Below are positions 30,212 to 40,408 of a DNA stretch of 64,000 nt, one piece after another. The notes under the pieces were generated by a model. It had not been told where the DNA came from. It saw only the letters and a program-made list of their open reading frames with translations, and did not search any database. Source of the DNA: an uncultured Gammaproteobacteria bacterium. GTDB lineage: Bacteria; Pseudomonadota; Gammaproteobacteria; DRLM01. The first letter of the stretch is position 1. Every line of letters starts with the position of its first letter. The position numbers and the translations under genes are program-made. Location: assembly GCA_963729605.1 (NCBI GenBank), contig CAVSNY010000006.1, positions 1 to 64,000 of the forward strand, in the 5' to 3' direction.

Positions 30212-30991
30212 TCAGGTTATCTGTCGCACCCGTTCGAACAGACACACCGCCGCCGCGGCCGTCACATTGAGCGATTCCATTTTGCCGGGCAGCGGGATGT
30301 GGACCTGCTGCGTGGCACAGGCCGCAAGCTCCTCACTCAGTCCCGCCCCCTCATTGCCGAAGAGAAACGCCAGCGGCCCGCGCAGATCGAGTTCATAAAG
30401 TGATTGCGGTGCCTCTAGCCGCGTGGCGATCACCCGCGGCAACGTGGCGCAGAGCGCGGGTAAATCCTGCTGCTCATGAATGGCCAGCGCGAAATGGGCG
30501 CCCATCGCGGCGCGCATGGCCTTCGGCGACCAGGCCTCGCTGCATCCCTTGGACAGATAAACCGCATCGACACCGGCCGCCGCCGCCGTGCGCAATAGAC
30601 TGCCGAGATTGCCGGGGTCCTGGATATTTTCCAGCAGCACGGCGCAAATGGGCGGGCGCTCTTCATGCCGCGGAACCTGGTAGAGCGCGAGTATGCCCAC
30701 CGGCGTCTCCACCGGCGAGAGCGCATCGAACAACGTCGCACTGAGTTCGATGCCGGGCGTGTCGGCGAATCTGCGCAGACAGGCCTGAATTTCGCGGTCG
30801 CCGCCGCTGCCGTGACGCAGAATGAGCAACTCCACGCGGCCGCCGGCATCGGCCAACGCCTGCAACAAATGCACACCGTCCAGCAAGGTCTCACCGCGCT
30901 TGCGCCGCTCGCGGGGATTGTCCGCCAGCTTCTTCAGCTGTTTGTATTGGACGTTGTCGGCGGAGGTAATCTGTTTCAATGTGGGTCTCAT
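30212..30991 (-). CDS. TrmH/SpoU family RNA methyltransferase
   Basis: QDPGNLGSLLRTA, FGNEGAGL, ESLNV. Confidence 0.95.
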   Translation of the reverse strand: MRPTLKQITSADNVQYKQLKKLADNPRERRKRGETLLDGVHLLQALADAGGRVELLILRHGSGGDREIQACLRRFADTPGIELSATLFDALSPVETPVGILALYQVPRHEERPPICAVLLENIQDPGNLGSLLRTAAAAGVDAVYLSKGCSEAWSPKAMRAAMGAHFALAIHEQQDLPALCATLPRVIATRLEAPQSLYELDLRGPLAFLFGNEGAGLSEELAACATQQVHIPLPGKMESLNVTAAAAVCLFERVRQIT

Positions 30992-31024
30992 CTCAATGCC
31001 TGATCGCGCCTGATCTTAAAAAAA

Positions 31025-32641
31025 TCACGCCCCAAACTTCGCCGCCATGCTCAACGCTACCGCCTCCGCCACTTCGATGCCGTCCACCGCGGCGGAGAGG
31101 ATGCCGCCGGCATAACCGGCGCCTTCGCCGGCCGGATAAAGTCCGAGTGTGTTGATGCTCTGATAATCGTCGCGATTGCGTTTGATGCGCACCGGCGATG
31201 AGGTGCGGGTTTCGACGCCGGTGAGCACGGCGTCGTGCATGGCGAATCCTTTGATCTGCCGCTCGAAGGCGGGCAGCGCCTCGCGGATCGCCGCGATCGC
31301 GTAGTCGGGCAGCGCGCTGCTGAGATCGGTGAGATGCACGCCGGGCGTGTACGACGGCAGCACACTGCCCAACGCGGTTGACGGTCTGCCCTGCAAAAAT
31401 TCGCCGACCAGCTGCCCCGGCGCCTCGTAGTTACCGCCGCCCAACCTAAAGGCGCGCGACTCCAGTTCGCGTTGCAGCTCGATCCCAGCCAGCGGGTGCG
31501 CGCTGGGGAAATCCGCCGGCGTGATGCCGACCACGATGCCGCTGTTGGCGTTGCGTTCGTTCCGCGAATATTGGCTCATGCCGTTGGTGACGACGCGTCC
31601 CTCTTCCGAGGTGGCGGCCACCACCGTACCGCCGGGACACATGCAGAAGCTGTAGACGCTGCGGCCGTTCTTGCAATGGTGTACCAGTTTGTAGTCCGCC
31701 GCGCCGAGATCGGGATGACCGGCAAACCTGCCGAAACGGCACTGGTCGATGATTGACTGCGGGTGTTCGATACGAAAACCGATGGAGAAGGGTTTGGCCT
31801 CCACATAGACACCGCGGTCATGGAGCATTTGAAAAGTGTCGCGGGCGCTGTGGCCGATGGCGAGGATGACGTGATCGCACGCGATGCGTTCGCCGCCGGC
31901 CAGCACCACTCCGCGCACTTGGCCAGCGACGATGTCGATGTCGGTGACGCGGCTCTCGAAACGGAACTCGCCGCCGAGACCGATGATTTCTTCGCGGATC
32001 TTCTCCAGCATGCTCACCAAACGGAAGGTGCCGACATGGGGCTTGCTGACGTAGAGAATTTCTTCCGGCGCGCCGGCCTTCACGAATTCGCGCAAGATCT
32101 TCACGCCCAGATGACGCGGGTCCTGGATCTGGGTATGCAGTTTACCGTCGGAAAAGGTGCCGGCGCCGCCCTCGCCGAATTGCACGTTCGATTCCGGATC
32201 GAGCCGGTGATGGCGCCACAGCGCCCAGGTGTCCTTGGTGCGTTGCCGCACCTCCCTGCCCCGCTCCAGGATCAGCGGCTTGAAACCCATTTGCGCCAGC
32301 AGCAGCGCCGCCATGAAACCGCAGGGCCCTGTGCCGATGATCACCGGGCGTTTTTTAAGATTGACCGGCGCGTGCGCGACGAATTTATATTCGGTATCCG
32401 GCGTGGGTTTGATGTGCTGATCGCCGCCGCATCGCTTCAACAACCGCGCCTCGTCGGCCACCGCCACATCCAGCGAATAGACGAACACGATCTCCGTCTT
32501 CTTGCGCGCATCATAAGCGCGGCGGGCGATGTTATAGCCGAGTAATTCAGACGCGTCGATTTTCAGCCGTTGCAGGATCGCCGTGCGGATCGCATCCGCC
32601 GGGTGGCCGAGGGGGAGTCTGATTTCCGTGAGTCGTAACAT
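31025..32641 (-). CDS. NAD(P)/FAD-dependent oxidoreductase
   Basis: Start MLRLTEIRLPL; IIGTGPCG, GEGGAGTFSDGKL, FCMCPGG, GEGAGYAGGI. Confidence 0.92.
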   Translation of the reverse strand: MLRLTEIRLPLGHPADAIRTAILQRLKIDASELLGYNIARRAYDARKKTEIVFVYSLDVAVADEARLLKRCGGDQHIKPTPDTEYKFVAHAPVNLKKRPVIIGTGPCGFMAALLLAQMGFKPLILERGREVRQRTKDTWALWRHHRLDPESNVQFGEGGAGTFSDGKLHTQIQDPRHLGVKILREFVKAGAPEEILYVSKPHVGTFRLVSMLEKIREEIIGLGGEFRFESRVTDIDIVAGQVRGVVLAGGERIACDHVILAIGHSARDTFQMLHDRGVYVEAKPFSIGFRIEHPQSIIDQCRFGRFAGHPDLGAADYKLVHHCKNGRSVYSFCMCPGGTVVAATSEEGRVVTNGMSQYSRNERNANSGIVVGITPADFPSAHPLAGIELQRELESRAFRLGGGNYEAPGQLVGEFLQGRPSTALGSVLPSYTPGVHLTDLSSALPDYAIAAIREALPAFERQIKGFAMHDAVLTGVETRTSSPVRIKRNRDDYQSINTLGLYPAGEGAGYAGGILSAAVDGIEVAEAVALSMAAKFGA

Positions 32642-32739
32642 CGCAGGGTCCGTGGTCAGCCGTCGGGGCGGCGCCATTTTACCCGTTAACGCGGCAAGAG
32701 GAACGATTAGCCGGCGCCGGCGAAACAAGCTTGACGGCG

Positions 32740-32768
32740 TTCCCCTCTCCCGCGAGAGGAGAGGGGAA
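32740..32768. terminator. Intergenic hairpin (terminator or REP-like palindrome)
   Basis: TTCCCCTCTCC-CGCGAGA-GGAGAGGGGAA downstream of dsbC. Confidence 0.55.
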
Positions 32769-32810
32769 ACCATTCATCGCACTTTCGGCGGATTGGCCAA
32801 GTTTGAAAAC

Positions 32811-33557
32811 TCAACGCGCGGCGGTGGCGAGTTGATCGAGCACCTGGCTCAAACGCGCGGCGGGCATATAACCGGGCACCACGGTGCCGTCTTCCATTAC
32901 CATGGTCGGCGTGCCCGATACCCCGACCCGTTCCGCGGCGGCCAGGTGTTTTTGCACGGGATTGTCACAGGTCTTTTGTTCAACGGCTTGGCCGAGTTTG
33001 GCGCGGGTCATCGCCGCCCGGCGGTCTTTCGCGCACCACACGCTCACCATCTTGGAATAAGAAGGCGTGTCCACCCCCGAGCGCGGGAAGGCCAGATAAC
33101 GAACGGTGATGCCGGCCTTGTTGTAGTCGGCCATCTCGCCGTGCATCTTGCGGCAATAGCTGCAATCCGCGTCGGTGAAGATGGTGACCACATGTTTCTC
33201 CTGCTTGGGCGGCGCGGCGAAGATAATCATGTCCTTTTGGTTGAGGCCCTTGATCAGCTGCACCCGGCCCTGGGCGCGGCGCTCCTCCGAGAGATTGGCC
33301 TTGTTCGCCACGTCGATGAGGTCGCCCTGCACGGCGAAACGGCCGTCCTTGGTGACATACAAAACTTCCGGCCCGAAACTCACTTCATACAAACCCGGCA
33401 CCGGACTCTCGACGATGCGATCGGGCGCCGTGCCCGGTACCAGTTTCTGCATCGCCTTGGCGATGGTTTCGACATCGTCCGCCGCGGCCAGCCCCAACAT
33501 ACCCGCGGCCGCCAGCGCGCCCACGGTCCAGGAAATCAATTTGCTCTTCATCGTCAC
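32811..33557 (-). CDS. dsbC: Thiol:disulfide isomerase DsbC
   Basis: FTD.DCSYCRK.H, YLAFPR.G, GVSGTP; xerD-dsbC synteny. Confidence 0.93.
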   Translation of the reverse strand: MTMKSKLISWTVGALAAAGMLGLAAADDVETIAKAMQKLVPGTAPDRIVESPVPGLYEVSFGPEVLYVTKDGRFAVQGDLIDVANKANLSEERRAQGRVQLIKGLNQKDMIIFAAPPKQEKHVVTIFTDADCSYCRKMHGEMADYNKAGITVRYLAFPRSGVDTPSYSKMVSVWCAKDRRAAMTRAKLGQAVEQKTCDNPVQKHLAAAERVGVSGTPTMVMEDGTVVPGYMPAARLSQVLDQLATAAR

Positions 33558-33620
33558 ATCGCTCGTTATAGAAAATCGGTCTTTGTTGGAGGCCCCGGCG
33601 GCGGCGAGGTTCCTTCCCGT

Positions 33621-34568
33621 TCAGCCTCGCGGGTGATGCTCGCCGTGCACCTGTTTCAAACGCTCGCGCGCCACGTGCGTATAAATCTGGGTGGTGGACA
33701 GATTGTGATGACCCAACAACATCTGCACCGCCCGCAAGTCCGCCCCGTGGTTGAGCAAATGGGTGGCGAAGGAATGGCGCAAGGTATGAGGCGACAGGCT
33801 GGCGCGCACCCCCACCCGCCGCGCATGGCGCTTGATCAAATACCAAAAGGCCTGGCGGGTCATAGCATCGCCGCGTTGTGTGACAAATAAGGCCTTGCTC
33901 TGCGCCCCGTGCAGCAACTCCGCCCGCGCCTCGCGTAAATAACGCTCCAGCCAGTTGGCGGCCTCTTCGCCCAGGGGCACCAGCCGCTCTTTGTCGCCCT
34001 TGCCCACCACCCGCACCACGCCCTGGCGGAGATTGAGCTGGGTCACTTCCACACCCACCAATTCGGAGACCCGCAATCCCGAGGCGTACAGCAATTCCAG
34101 CATGGCGCGGTCGCGCAGGCCCAAGGTCTGGTTGACGTCCGGCGCGCCGAGCAAGGCATCCACCTCCGCTTCGGTGAGCGCCTTGGGCAAAGACCGGCCC
34201 AGTTTGGGCGAATCAACGAGGGCGCTGGGATCGACGCTCAAACGCCGTTCGCGTACCTGATATTGATAAAAGCGCCGCAGACTCGACAATAAACGCGCGG
34301 TGGTGCGCGGCCGCGCGCCGCCGTATACCCGCTGCGCCAGATACTCCAACACGTCGTCGCGTCGCGCGTTGAACAGGTCGCGTCCCTGCCGGGCCAACCA
34401 CGCCGCCCAGCCTTTGAGATCGGCGCGATAGGCCGCCAAGGTGTTGCCGCTCAAACCCTGTTCCATCCACAGCGCGTCGAGAAAGGCCTCGATCACCGCC
34501 ATGTGATCGCCGGCCGGCGCGGCGCCGTTCTTAACGATTAGTTCCTCGCTCAGCGCCTCGGCGCTCAC
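33621..34568 (-). CDS. xerD: Tyrosine recombinase XerD
   Basis: RDRAMLELLYASGLRVSEL, HTLRHSFATH, LLGH..STTQIYTHV; GTG start overlaps ogt stop (alternative ATG 34502). Confidence 0.95.
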   Translation of the reverse strand: MSAEALSEELIVKNGAAPAGDHMAVIEAFLDALWMEQGLSGNTLAAYRADLKGWAAWLARQGRDLFNARRDDVLEYLAQRVYGGARPRTTARLLSSLRRFYQYQVRERRLSVDPSALVDSPKLGRSLPKALTEAEVDALLGAPDVNQTLGLRDRAMLELLYASGLRVSELVGVEVTQLNLRQGVVRVVGKGDKERLVPLGEEAANWLERYLREARAELLHGAQSKALFVTQRGDAMTRQAFWYLIKRHARRVGVRASLSPHTLRHSFATHLLNHGADLRAVQMLLGHHNLSTTQIYTHVARERLKQVHGEHHPRG

Positions 34569-35101
34569 GGCATGGCCCGCTCGTGTTGCAACAGCCAGTG
34601 TTTGAGGGCCAGCGCCGGGCCTTCGACGCGGCCCATGAAACCGCCGGCGCCGCCGGCCGCCACCACCCGATGGCAGGGCACGAACAGCGGGATGGGATTG
34701 GCGCGGCAGGCGCCGCCCACCGCCCGCGGGCCGCTGCCGAGCCGTTCGGCCAGTACACCGTATCGGCGGGTCTCCCCGGCCGGGATGGCACGCAGCGCGA
34801 CCCACACGCGTTTTTGAAACGGCGTGCCCGCCAGCTCCAGGGGTAGATCGAGGGGCCGCCGAGGATCGGCGAAATAGGCCCGCAACTGCGCCGCGGCGCG
34901 CCTGCCCAAGGCGGTGCGCGGCGCCCGGTCGGGCGCGCCGTCGTCGATGAAGCTCACATCGCACAAGGCCCCGTTCTCCTCGCGCAAGCCTATCTTCACG
35001 CCGGGCACCGGGCTCGCGAGGATGACGTCGTAGTAATCGAGCGGCGACGGCGCGGAAGTGACCCGCGGACCGGGAGTCAATCTGATTGGCGCGCGGTTCA
35101 T
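34565..35101 (-). CDS. ogt: Methylated-DNA--protein-cysteine methyltransferase
   Basis: GTPFQ.RVW..L..IP.G, RAVG.A...NP, PCHRV. Confidence 0.93.
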   Translation of the reverse strand: MNRAPIRLTPGPRVTSAPSPLDYYDVILASPVPGVKIGLREENGALCDVSFIDDGAPDRAPRTALGRRAAAQLRAYFADPRRPLDLPLELAGTPFQKRVWVALRAIPAGETRRYGVLAERLGSGPRAVGGACRANPIPLFVPCHRVVAAGGAGGFMGRVEGPALALKHWLLQHERAMP

Positions 35102-36837
35102 GGCCTACCCTCCAGTTGATCCAAGGCCCGCAGCGCATAGGCGCGGCGGGCGGGATCAGTATCGGCCCCCAGCAGGCCGGCGTACAAACGGCGGGCGTCG
35201 GCGCGCAGCCCGGCCTTGGCCAGCACCGCGGCGGCATGATAACGGCCGAGCTGGCCCCAATCATCCGTCGCGCCGGTTTCGCCGGCGAGATAGGCCGTTC
35301 GCAGATAGCTGAGGGCGGCCCGCTGATAGTCGCCCAAGGCCTCGTAGGCCTGGCCCGCCCAGAATTGCAGCTCGCGCTGCGTCTCCATTTCCGGGGTGGC
35401 GGCGGCCAGGCCGTGCAACATATCCAGCGCGGCCTGAGAATGCCCCAAGCCCTGCACCACCCCCGCCGCGCGCATCACTTCCCGCCGTTGCGCCGGGGTA
35501 AAACTCGCGACCTGCCCCATCAACTCCTTCAGCACGCTGATCCCCAATTCGTCGCTGCCGGTAGCGAGCAACACCCGCGCCCGCGCCACTTGCCAAGCCA
35601 GCGTTTCCGTAGCCGCCGCGGGTACCGGCAAATCGCCGACCAAAGAGGTGGCGGCGGGTGAATCACCTTCGTCGAAAGCCACGGCCGCCAGACTGTAACG
35701 CACCCCGGGCGGGATGGTTTCCAAGCTCGGAAACCGTGCGGAGCGGAGATAAAGGCTCCGCAACAAGGCGCCGCGGCTTGGGTGGTTTTCAAACGAATCG
35801 ACCACCTGCCGATGCGCGGCGGCGGCGAGGGGGTGGGCCGGGTCATGCCAGGCCAGCAACGCCAACAAGGCCCGCGCCTCCACGGGTTTGACGTCGCGCA
35901 GACGCTGCTCGATCTCGAACCAGGGCGGATAATCATCGGTGCTCAACTGCGCGCGTTGTGCCAGGACCATGCCGTAATTGAGATAGGCGTCCCACAAAAT
36001 GTCGGCATTGACCAACAGCTCGTCGCCCGCCCCGCCGTGACCGAGGGCGAGCGCGCGTTCCAAGGCATCGATACGCGTCGCGTCGTCGGCGCCGAGACGC
36101 GCCGCCTCGGCCGCCACCGCCCACAATTTTCGCCGCGCGGCCGGTTGGCCGCCGTCGGCCAGCGCCAGGGCGCGGGCCTGCGCGGCGACGCGGTCGGGTG
36201 AATCGCGTTGGCTGCGCAATTCCGCGAGCAGCGCCAGGGCGCGGCTCTCCAAATCAGTCTTTTCGGCAAGCAGATCGGCCGCCTCGGCGGCACGCCCCTC
36301 GGCGAGCCACCCCCGCGCGATGAGCCGGGTCTCTTCCTCATCGGGCTGGGCCGTGTCTTGCTGATAACGTTGCAGCGCGACGGCCGCGTCCTCGCTGCGT
36401 TGTTCGGCGAGATAACTCTCGATGATCAGGCGCCGCCACTCGGCGAGCTGAGCGGCGCTGAGACTTTCTTCCGGGGCCCAGATCAAGCGAGCCAGGCGTT
36501 CCCGCGCGGCGGCGGGATTTCCCAAAGCCAGCTCGGCCTCGGCGGCGCGGGTCTGCGCCCATTTGCGCACGTCGTCGGCGGTGTCGGGCGGGAGCGCCTC
36601 CGCCCGCTTCACCACGTCTTCCCATTCCTCCAGGGCTAAATGCAAGGCGATGCGCTGCTTTTCCCAACGCGCCCAGCCGGCGGCGTCGCCGTCGGTCTCG
36701 GTTTGATAACGGTCGATGAGGGTTTGCGCGAGTTGCGGCGCGCCGTGGCGGATCAGCGTGGTGATGTCGTCATCGCCGCCGTCGGCGTGCGCGAGATTGC
36801 CGGCCAGGCCCGCCAGCAACAGGGCCAGCGCCCGCAT
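35098..36837 (-). CDS. Exported helical-repeat (TPR-like) hypothetical protein
   Basis: Signal peptide MRALALLLAGLAGNLAHA; Ala/Leu-rich helices; C-terminal FWAGQAYEALGDYQRAA..Y. Confidence 0.75.
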   Translation of the reverse strand: MRALALLLAGLAGNLAHADGGDDDITTLIRHGAPQLAQTLIDRYQTETDGDAAGWARWEKQRIALHLALEEWEDVVKRAEALPPDTADDVRKWAQTRAAEAELALGNPAAARERLARLIWAPEESLSAAQLAEWRRLIIESYLAEQRSEDAAVALQRYQQDTAQPDEEETRLIARGWLAEGRAAEAADLLAEKTDLESRALALLAELRSQRDSPDRVAAQARALALADGGQPAARRKLWAVAAEAARLGADDATRIDALERALALGHGGAGDELLVNADILWDAYLNYGMVLAQRAQLSTDDYPPWFEIEQRLRDVKPVEARALLALLAWHDPAHPLAAAAHRQVVDSFENHPSRGALLRSLYLRSARFPSLETIPPGVRYSLAAVAFDEGDSPAATSLVGDLPVPAAATETLAWQVARARVLLATGSDELGISVLKELMGQVASFTPAQRREVMRAAGVVQGLGHSQAALDMLHGLAAATPEMETQRELQFWAGQAYEALGDYQRAALSYLRTAYLAGETGATDDWGQLGRYHAAAVLAKAGLRADARRLYAGLLGADTDPARRAYALRALDQLEGRP

Positions 36838-36940
36838 GATAGATCGCGGATTTAAACGCGGGAAAAATAGCAACGGACCGCGGAAGCGGAGAAGTCCGTT
36901 CCACAGTCCGTTGCGCGCAGCGGGCATGGCTGCGTAGAAG

Positions 36941-37285
36941 TTACAGTTTTTCTTTGATGCGGGCGGATTTGCCTTGGCGGCCGCGCAAGTAGTAGAGCTT
37001 GGCGCGGCAGACGTCGCCGCGGCGGACCACTTTGATGCCGGCCACCACCGGGCTGTGGGTTTGGAATACGCGTTCCACGCCTTCGCCGTGGGAGATCTTG
37101 CGCACGGTGAAGGAGGAGTTGAGGCCGCGGTTGCGCTTGGCGATGACCACGCCTTCGAAGGCCTGCAGACGTTCGCGATTGCCTTCCTTGACCTTCACTT
37201 GCACTTCCACGGTGTCGCCGGGACCGAAGGCCGGGATCTCCGTCTTCATTTGTTCGGCTTCAAGCTGCTGGATGATGTTGCTCAT
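36941..37285 (-). CDS. rplS: 50S ribosomal protein L19
   Basis: [24 protein letters not shown]. Confidence 0.98.
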   Translation of the reverse strand: MSNIIQQLEAEQMKTEIPAFGPGDTVEVQVKVKEGNRERLQAFEGVVIAKRNRGLNSSFTVRKISHGEGVERVFQTHSPVVAGIKVVRRGDVCRAKLYYLRGRQGKSARIKEKL

Positions 37286-37336
37286 ACACTAGTACCCCAA
37301 AAAAATAACTATGTTTTCACCGAAACGAACGTCCGC

Positions 37337-38074
37337 TCATATACCGCGTTCGCGTTTAAATTCTGCCAACAGGGTTTGTTGCTCCCCGGTCAGCGGTAAA
37401 CCTTGCAGCAGGTCCGGGCGTTCCAGCCAGGTGCGGCCCAGCGCCTGTTTCAAGCGCCAGCGGCGGATCGCCTCATGGTCGCCCTGCACCAACACCGCCG
37501 GCACCGTCGCGCCGTCGATCTCTTCCGGGCGGGTGTAGTGGGGATGATCCAGCAACCCCGCCATGAAGGAGTCCTGTTCGGCGGACTGCTCATGGCCCAG
37601 CACCCCGGGCAATACGCGGATCACCGCGTCCATCATCACCATCGCCGCCAACTCGCCGCCGCTCAGCACGTAATCGCCGATCGACCATTCCTCATCCACT
37701 TCGCCGTCGATCACCCGCTGATCGATGCCTTCATAACGGCCCGCCACCAAAATCACGCCGGGCCGTTGAGCAAACTCCATCACCGCCGCCTGATCCAAGC
37801 GCCGCCCTTGCGGGCTGAGGTAGATCACCCGGCTGGCCGGCGCCTCGGCCCGCGCCGCTCGGATGGCGTCGCGCAGCGGCTTGACCAGCATCACCATGCC
37901 GGGACCGCCGCCGTAAGGCCGGTCGTCCACCGTGCGGTGGCGATCCGTGGTGTAATCCCGCGGATTCCACAGCGCGAGATTCACTATTCCCCGCTGCACC
38001 GCCCGGCCGGTGACCCCGTGACGGGTCGCGATCTCGAACAGTTCCGGAAACAGGCTGATGACGTCGAAACGCAC
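37337..38074 (-). CDS. trmD: tRNA (guanine37-N1)-methyltransferase
   Basis: [29 protein letters not shown]. Confidence 0.98.
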   Translation of the reverse strand: MRFDVISLFPELFEIATRHGVTGRAVQRGIVNLALWNPRDYTTDRHRTVDDRPYGGGPGMVMLVKPLRDAIRAARAEAPASRVIYLSPQGRRLDQAAVMEFAQRPGVILVAGRYEGIDQRVIDGEVDEEWSIGDYVLSGGELAAMVMMDAVIRVLPGVLGHEQSAEQDSFMAGLLDHPHYTRPEEIDGATVPAVLVQGDHEAIRRWRLKQALGRTWLERPDLLQGLPLTGEQQTLLAEFKRERGI

Positions 38075-38077
38075 CGC

Positions 38078-38587
38078 TTAAAACTCCGGGTCCCACTCGA
38101 CCCGCATCACACCCTGCCCGAGATCCACCTCGGTGACGACCTGGCCCCGCACATAAGGGATCAACCGTTCCCGTTCGCCCTTCACCACCAGCACATCGTT
38201 GGCGCCGGTCTCCAGCAAGTGGTCCACCACCCCCAGCTCCACGCCGTCTTGGGTGAGGACCCGCAAGCCTTGCAAATCGCTCCAATAAAACTCGTCGGGC
38301 GCCAAGGCCGCCAGCGTCGAGCGCGGGACGCCGATCTCGCAGCCGGTGAGGGCCTGCACCGCGTCGCGGTCATCGTAGTCCGCCAGACGGGCCACGATGG
38401 TTTTACCGTGGGGCCGCCCCTCGGCCAAGGCCAGGGGACGCCATTCGCCCGCCATGTGCACCCACCATTGGCGATGGGTCAGTATTTCTTCGCGCGGCTC
38501 GGTATAGGAATACACCTTGACCCAGCCGCGTACGCCATAAGGCCCGCCGATCCGGCCGATCACCACCCGCTGGGCCTCTACCGCCAT
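38078..38587 (-). CDS. rimM: Ribosome maturation factor RimM
   Basis: G.I..PYGVRGWVKV, EFYW.DL.G, ETGANDV. Confidence 0.97.
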   Translation of the reverse strand: MAVEAQRVVIGRIGGPYGVRGWVKVYSYTEPREEILTHRQWWVHMAGEWRPLALAEGRPHGKTIVARLADYDDRDAVQALTGCEIGVPRSTLAALAPDEFYWSDLQGLRVLTQDGVELGVVDHLLETGANDVLVVKGERERLIPYVRGQVVTEVDLGQGVMRVEWDPEF

Positions 38588-38619
38588 AGCCCCTCGCTCG
38601 GATGAGACACGGACCGGGA

Positions 38620-38865
38620 TCAGGGCTTGGGCTGGCTCTTCAATAATTGATCGACGCGGTCGGAGGGTTGGGCGCCTTTCGACAACCAGTAGCCGACCCG
38701 CTCGGCGTTGACTTCCAACTTGGTCTCGGCGCCCTGGGCGACCGGGTTGAAGAAGCCGACGCGTTCGATGAAACGGCCACCCCGCGCGCTGCGGCTATTG
38801 GTCACCACGATGTGGTAAAAAGGCCGTTTTTTCGCGCCACTTCGAGCCAAACGAATGCTTACCAT
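38620..38865 (-). CDS. rpsP: 30S ribosomal protein S16
   Basis: [18 protein letters not shown]. Confidence 0.98.
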   Translation of the reverse strand: MVSIRLARSGAKKRPFYHIVVTNSRSARGGRFIERVGFFNPVAQGAETKLEVNAERVGYWLSKGAQPSDRVDQLLKSQPKP

Positions 38866-38988
38866 GTCTGTACCTGTCCCCTAAAATTCATGTGCCGCAT
38901 CCCTCGCCGGGCAAGGTAGCGGTAAAAGCGCGTTATTTTACGCAATTTTCCCGAAATGGGAAGGGGCAATCTCGGCGCGGGCCACGCC

Positions 38989-40347
38989 TCAAAAAGGCAG
39001 ACGGCCCGGCAGGCGGCCGCCCAAGCCCCGCAACATCTTGCTCAAGCCGCCTTTTGACATCTTTTTCATCATGCGCTGCATCTGGTCGAATTGCTTGAGC
39101 AGGCGGTTGACGTCCTGCACCTGGGTGCCGGACCCGGCGGCGATCCGCCGTTTGCGCGAGCCTTTAATCAAATCGGGAGTGCGCCGCTCCAGCGGAGTCA
39201 TCGAACCAATGATGGCTTCCATGCGCAGCATCTCCTTGTCATTGACCTGCTGCTTCACCGCGTCGGGCACGTTGCCCATGCCGGGCAGTTTGTCCATCAG
39301 GGCGCCGAGGCCGCCCATCTGCCGCATCTGCTGCATCTGCTCGCGGAAATCCTCCAGGTCGAAACCTTTGCCTTTTTTCAGCTTATTGGCCAGTTGCTCG
39401 GCCTTGCCCCGGTCGAGGTTGCGCTCCGCCTCCTCCACCAGGGACAACACGTCGCCCATGCCCAAAATCCGCGAGGCGAGCCGGTCGGGATGAAAGGGTT
39501 CGAGGGCCCCGGTCTTCTCGCCCATGCCGAGAAACTTGATGGGTTTGCCGGTGACGTGGCGCACCGACAAGGCCGCGCCGCCGCGGGCGTCGCCGTCGGC
39601 CTTGGTCAGCACCACGCCGGTGAGGGGCAGCGCCTCGCTGAAGGCCTTGGCGGTGTTCACCGCGTCCTGGCCGGTCATGCCGTCCACCACGAACAGGGTT
39701 TCGACGGGGCGCAGCGCCGCATGCAGGCGCTTGATCTCGTCCATCATCTCCGTGTCCACATGCAGGCGGCCGGCGGTGTCGATGATCACCACGTCGATGA
39801 ATTGTTTGCGCGCCGACTCCACCGCCGCCAGCGCGATGGCCACCGGGTCCTGGTCCGGCGTGCTGGGGAAAAACACCGCGCCCACTTCCCCGGCCAGGGT
39901 TTGTAATTGATCGATGGCGGCGGGACGGTAAATATCGCAGCTCGCCACCAGCACGGTCTTTTTGCGGCGATCCTTCAAAAAGCGCGAGAGTTTGGCCACC
40001 GTCGTGGTTTTACCGGACCCCTGCAAGCCCGCCATCAGCACCACCGCCGGCGGGGTGACATTGAGCTGCAAGTCTTCGTTGGCCTGACCCATCAGGGCCA
40101 CCAACTCGTCGCGCACCACGCCGATCAGGGCCTGGCCGGGCGTCAGGCTTTCCAAGACATCCTTGCCCACGGCGCGGGCGCGCACGTGTTCGATGAAATC
40201 GCGGACCACCGGCAAGGCGACGTCGGCCTCGAGCAGGGCCATACGCACGTCGCGCAAGGCCTCTTTAATATTGTCCTCGGTGAGTCGCCCTTGGCCGCGC
40301 AGCGTCTTTAAGGTGCGGCTCAGCCTTTCGGTCAGGCTTTCAAACAT
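38989..40347 (-). CDS. ffh: Signal recognition particle protein
   Basis: GLQGSGKTT, DTAGR, TK.DGDARGGAA, Met-rich M domain. Confidence 0.98.
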   Translation of the reverse strand: MFESLTERLSRTLKTLRGQGRLTEDNIKEALRDVRMALLEADVALPVVRDFIEHVRARAVGKDVLESLTPGQALIGVVRDELVALMGQANEDLQLNVTPPAVVLMAGLQGSGKTTTVAKLSRFLKDRRKKTVLVASCDIYRPAAIDQLQTLAGEVGAVFFPSTPDQDPVAIALAAVESARKQFIDVVIIDTAGRLHVDTEMMDEIKRLHAALRPVETLFVVDGMTGQDAVNTAKAFSEALPLTGVVLTKADGDARGGAALSVRHVTGKPIKFLGMGEKTGALEPFHPDRLASRILGMGDVLSLVEEAERNLDRGKAEQLANKLKKGKGFDLEDFREQMQQMRQMGGLGALMDKLPGMGNVPDAVKQQVNDKEMLRMEAIIGSMTPLERRTPDLIKGSRKRRIAAGSGTQVQDVNRLLKQFDQMQRMMKKMSKGGLSKMLRGLGGRLPGRLPF

Positions 40348-40408
40348 GAGATCCCCTAGTCGCGCCCGTCCCGGCGAGCGGCGCGCCGATTACATTGATG
40401 GAGGGGGA

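Noticed and set aside
33621-34568. Phage or island integrase
   Set aside because: Sequence and dsbC synteny identify housekeeping XerD; the 547-aa ORF call is an upstream over-extension
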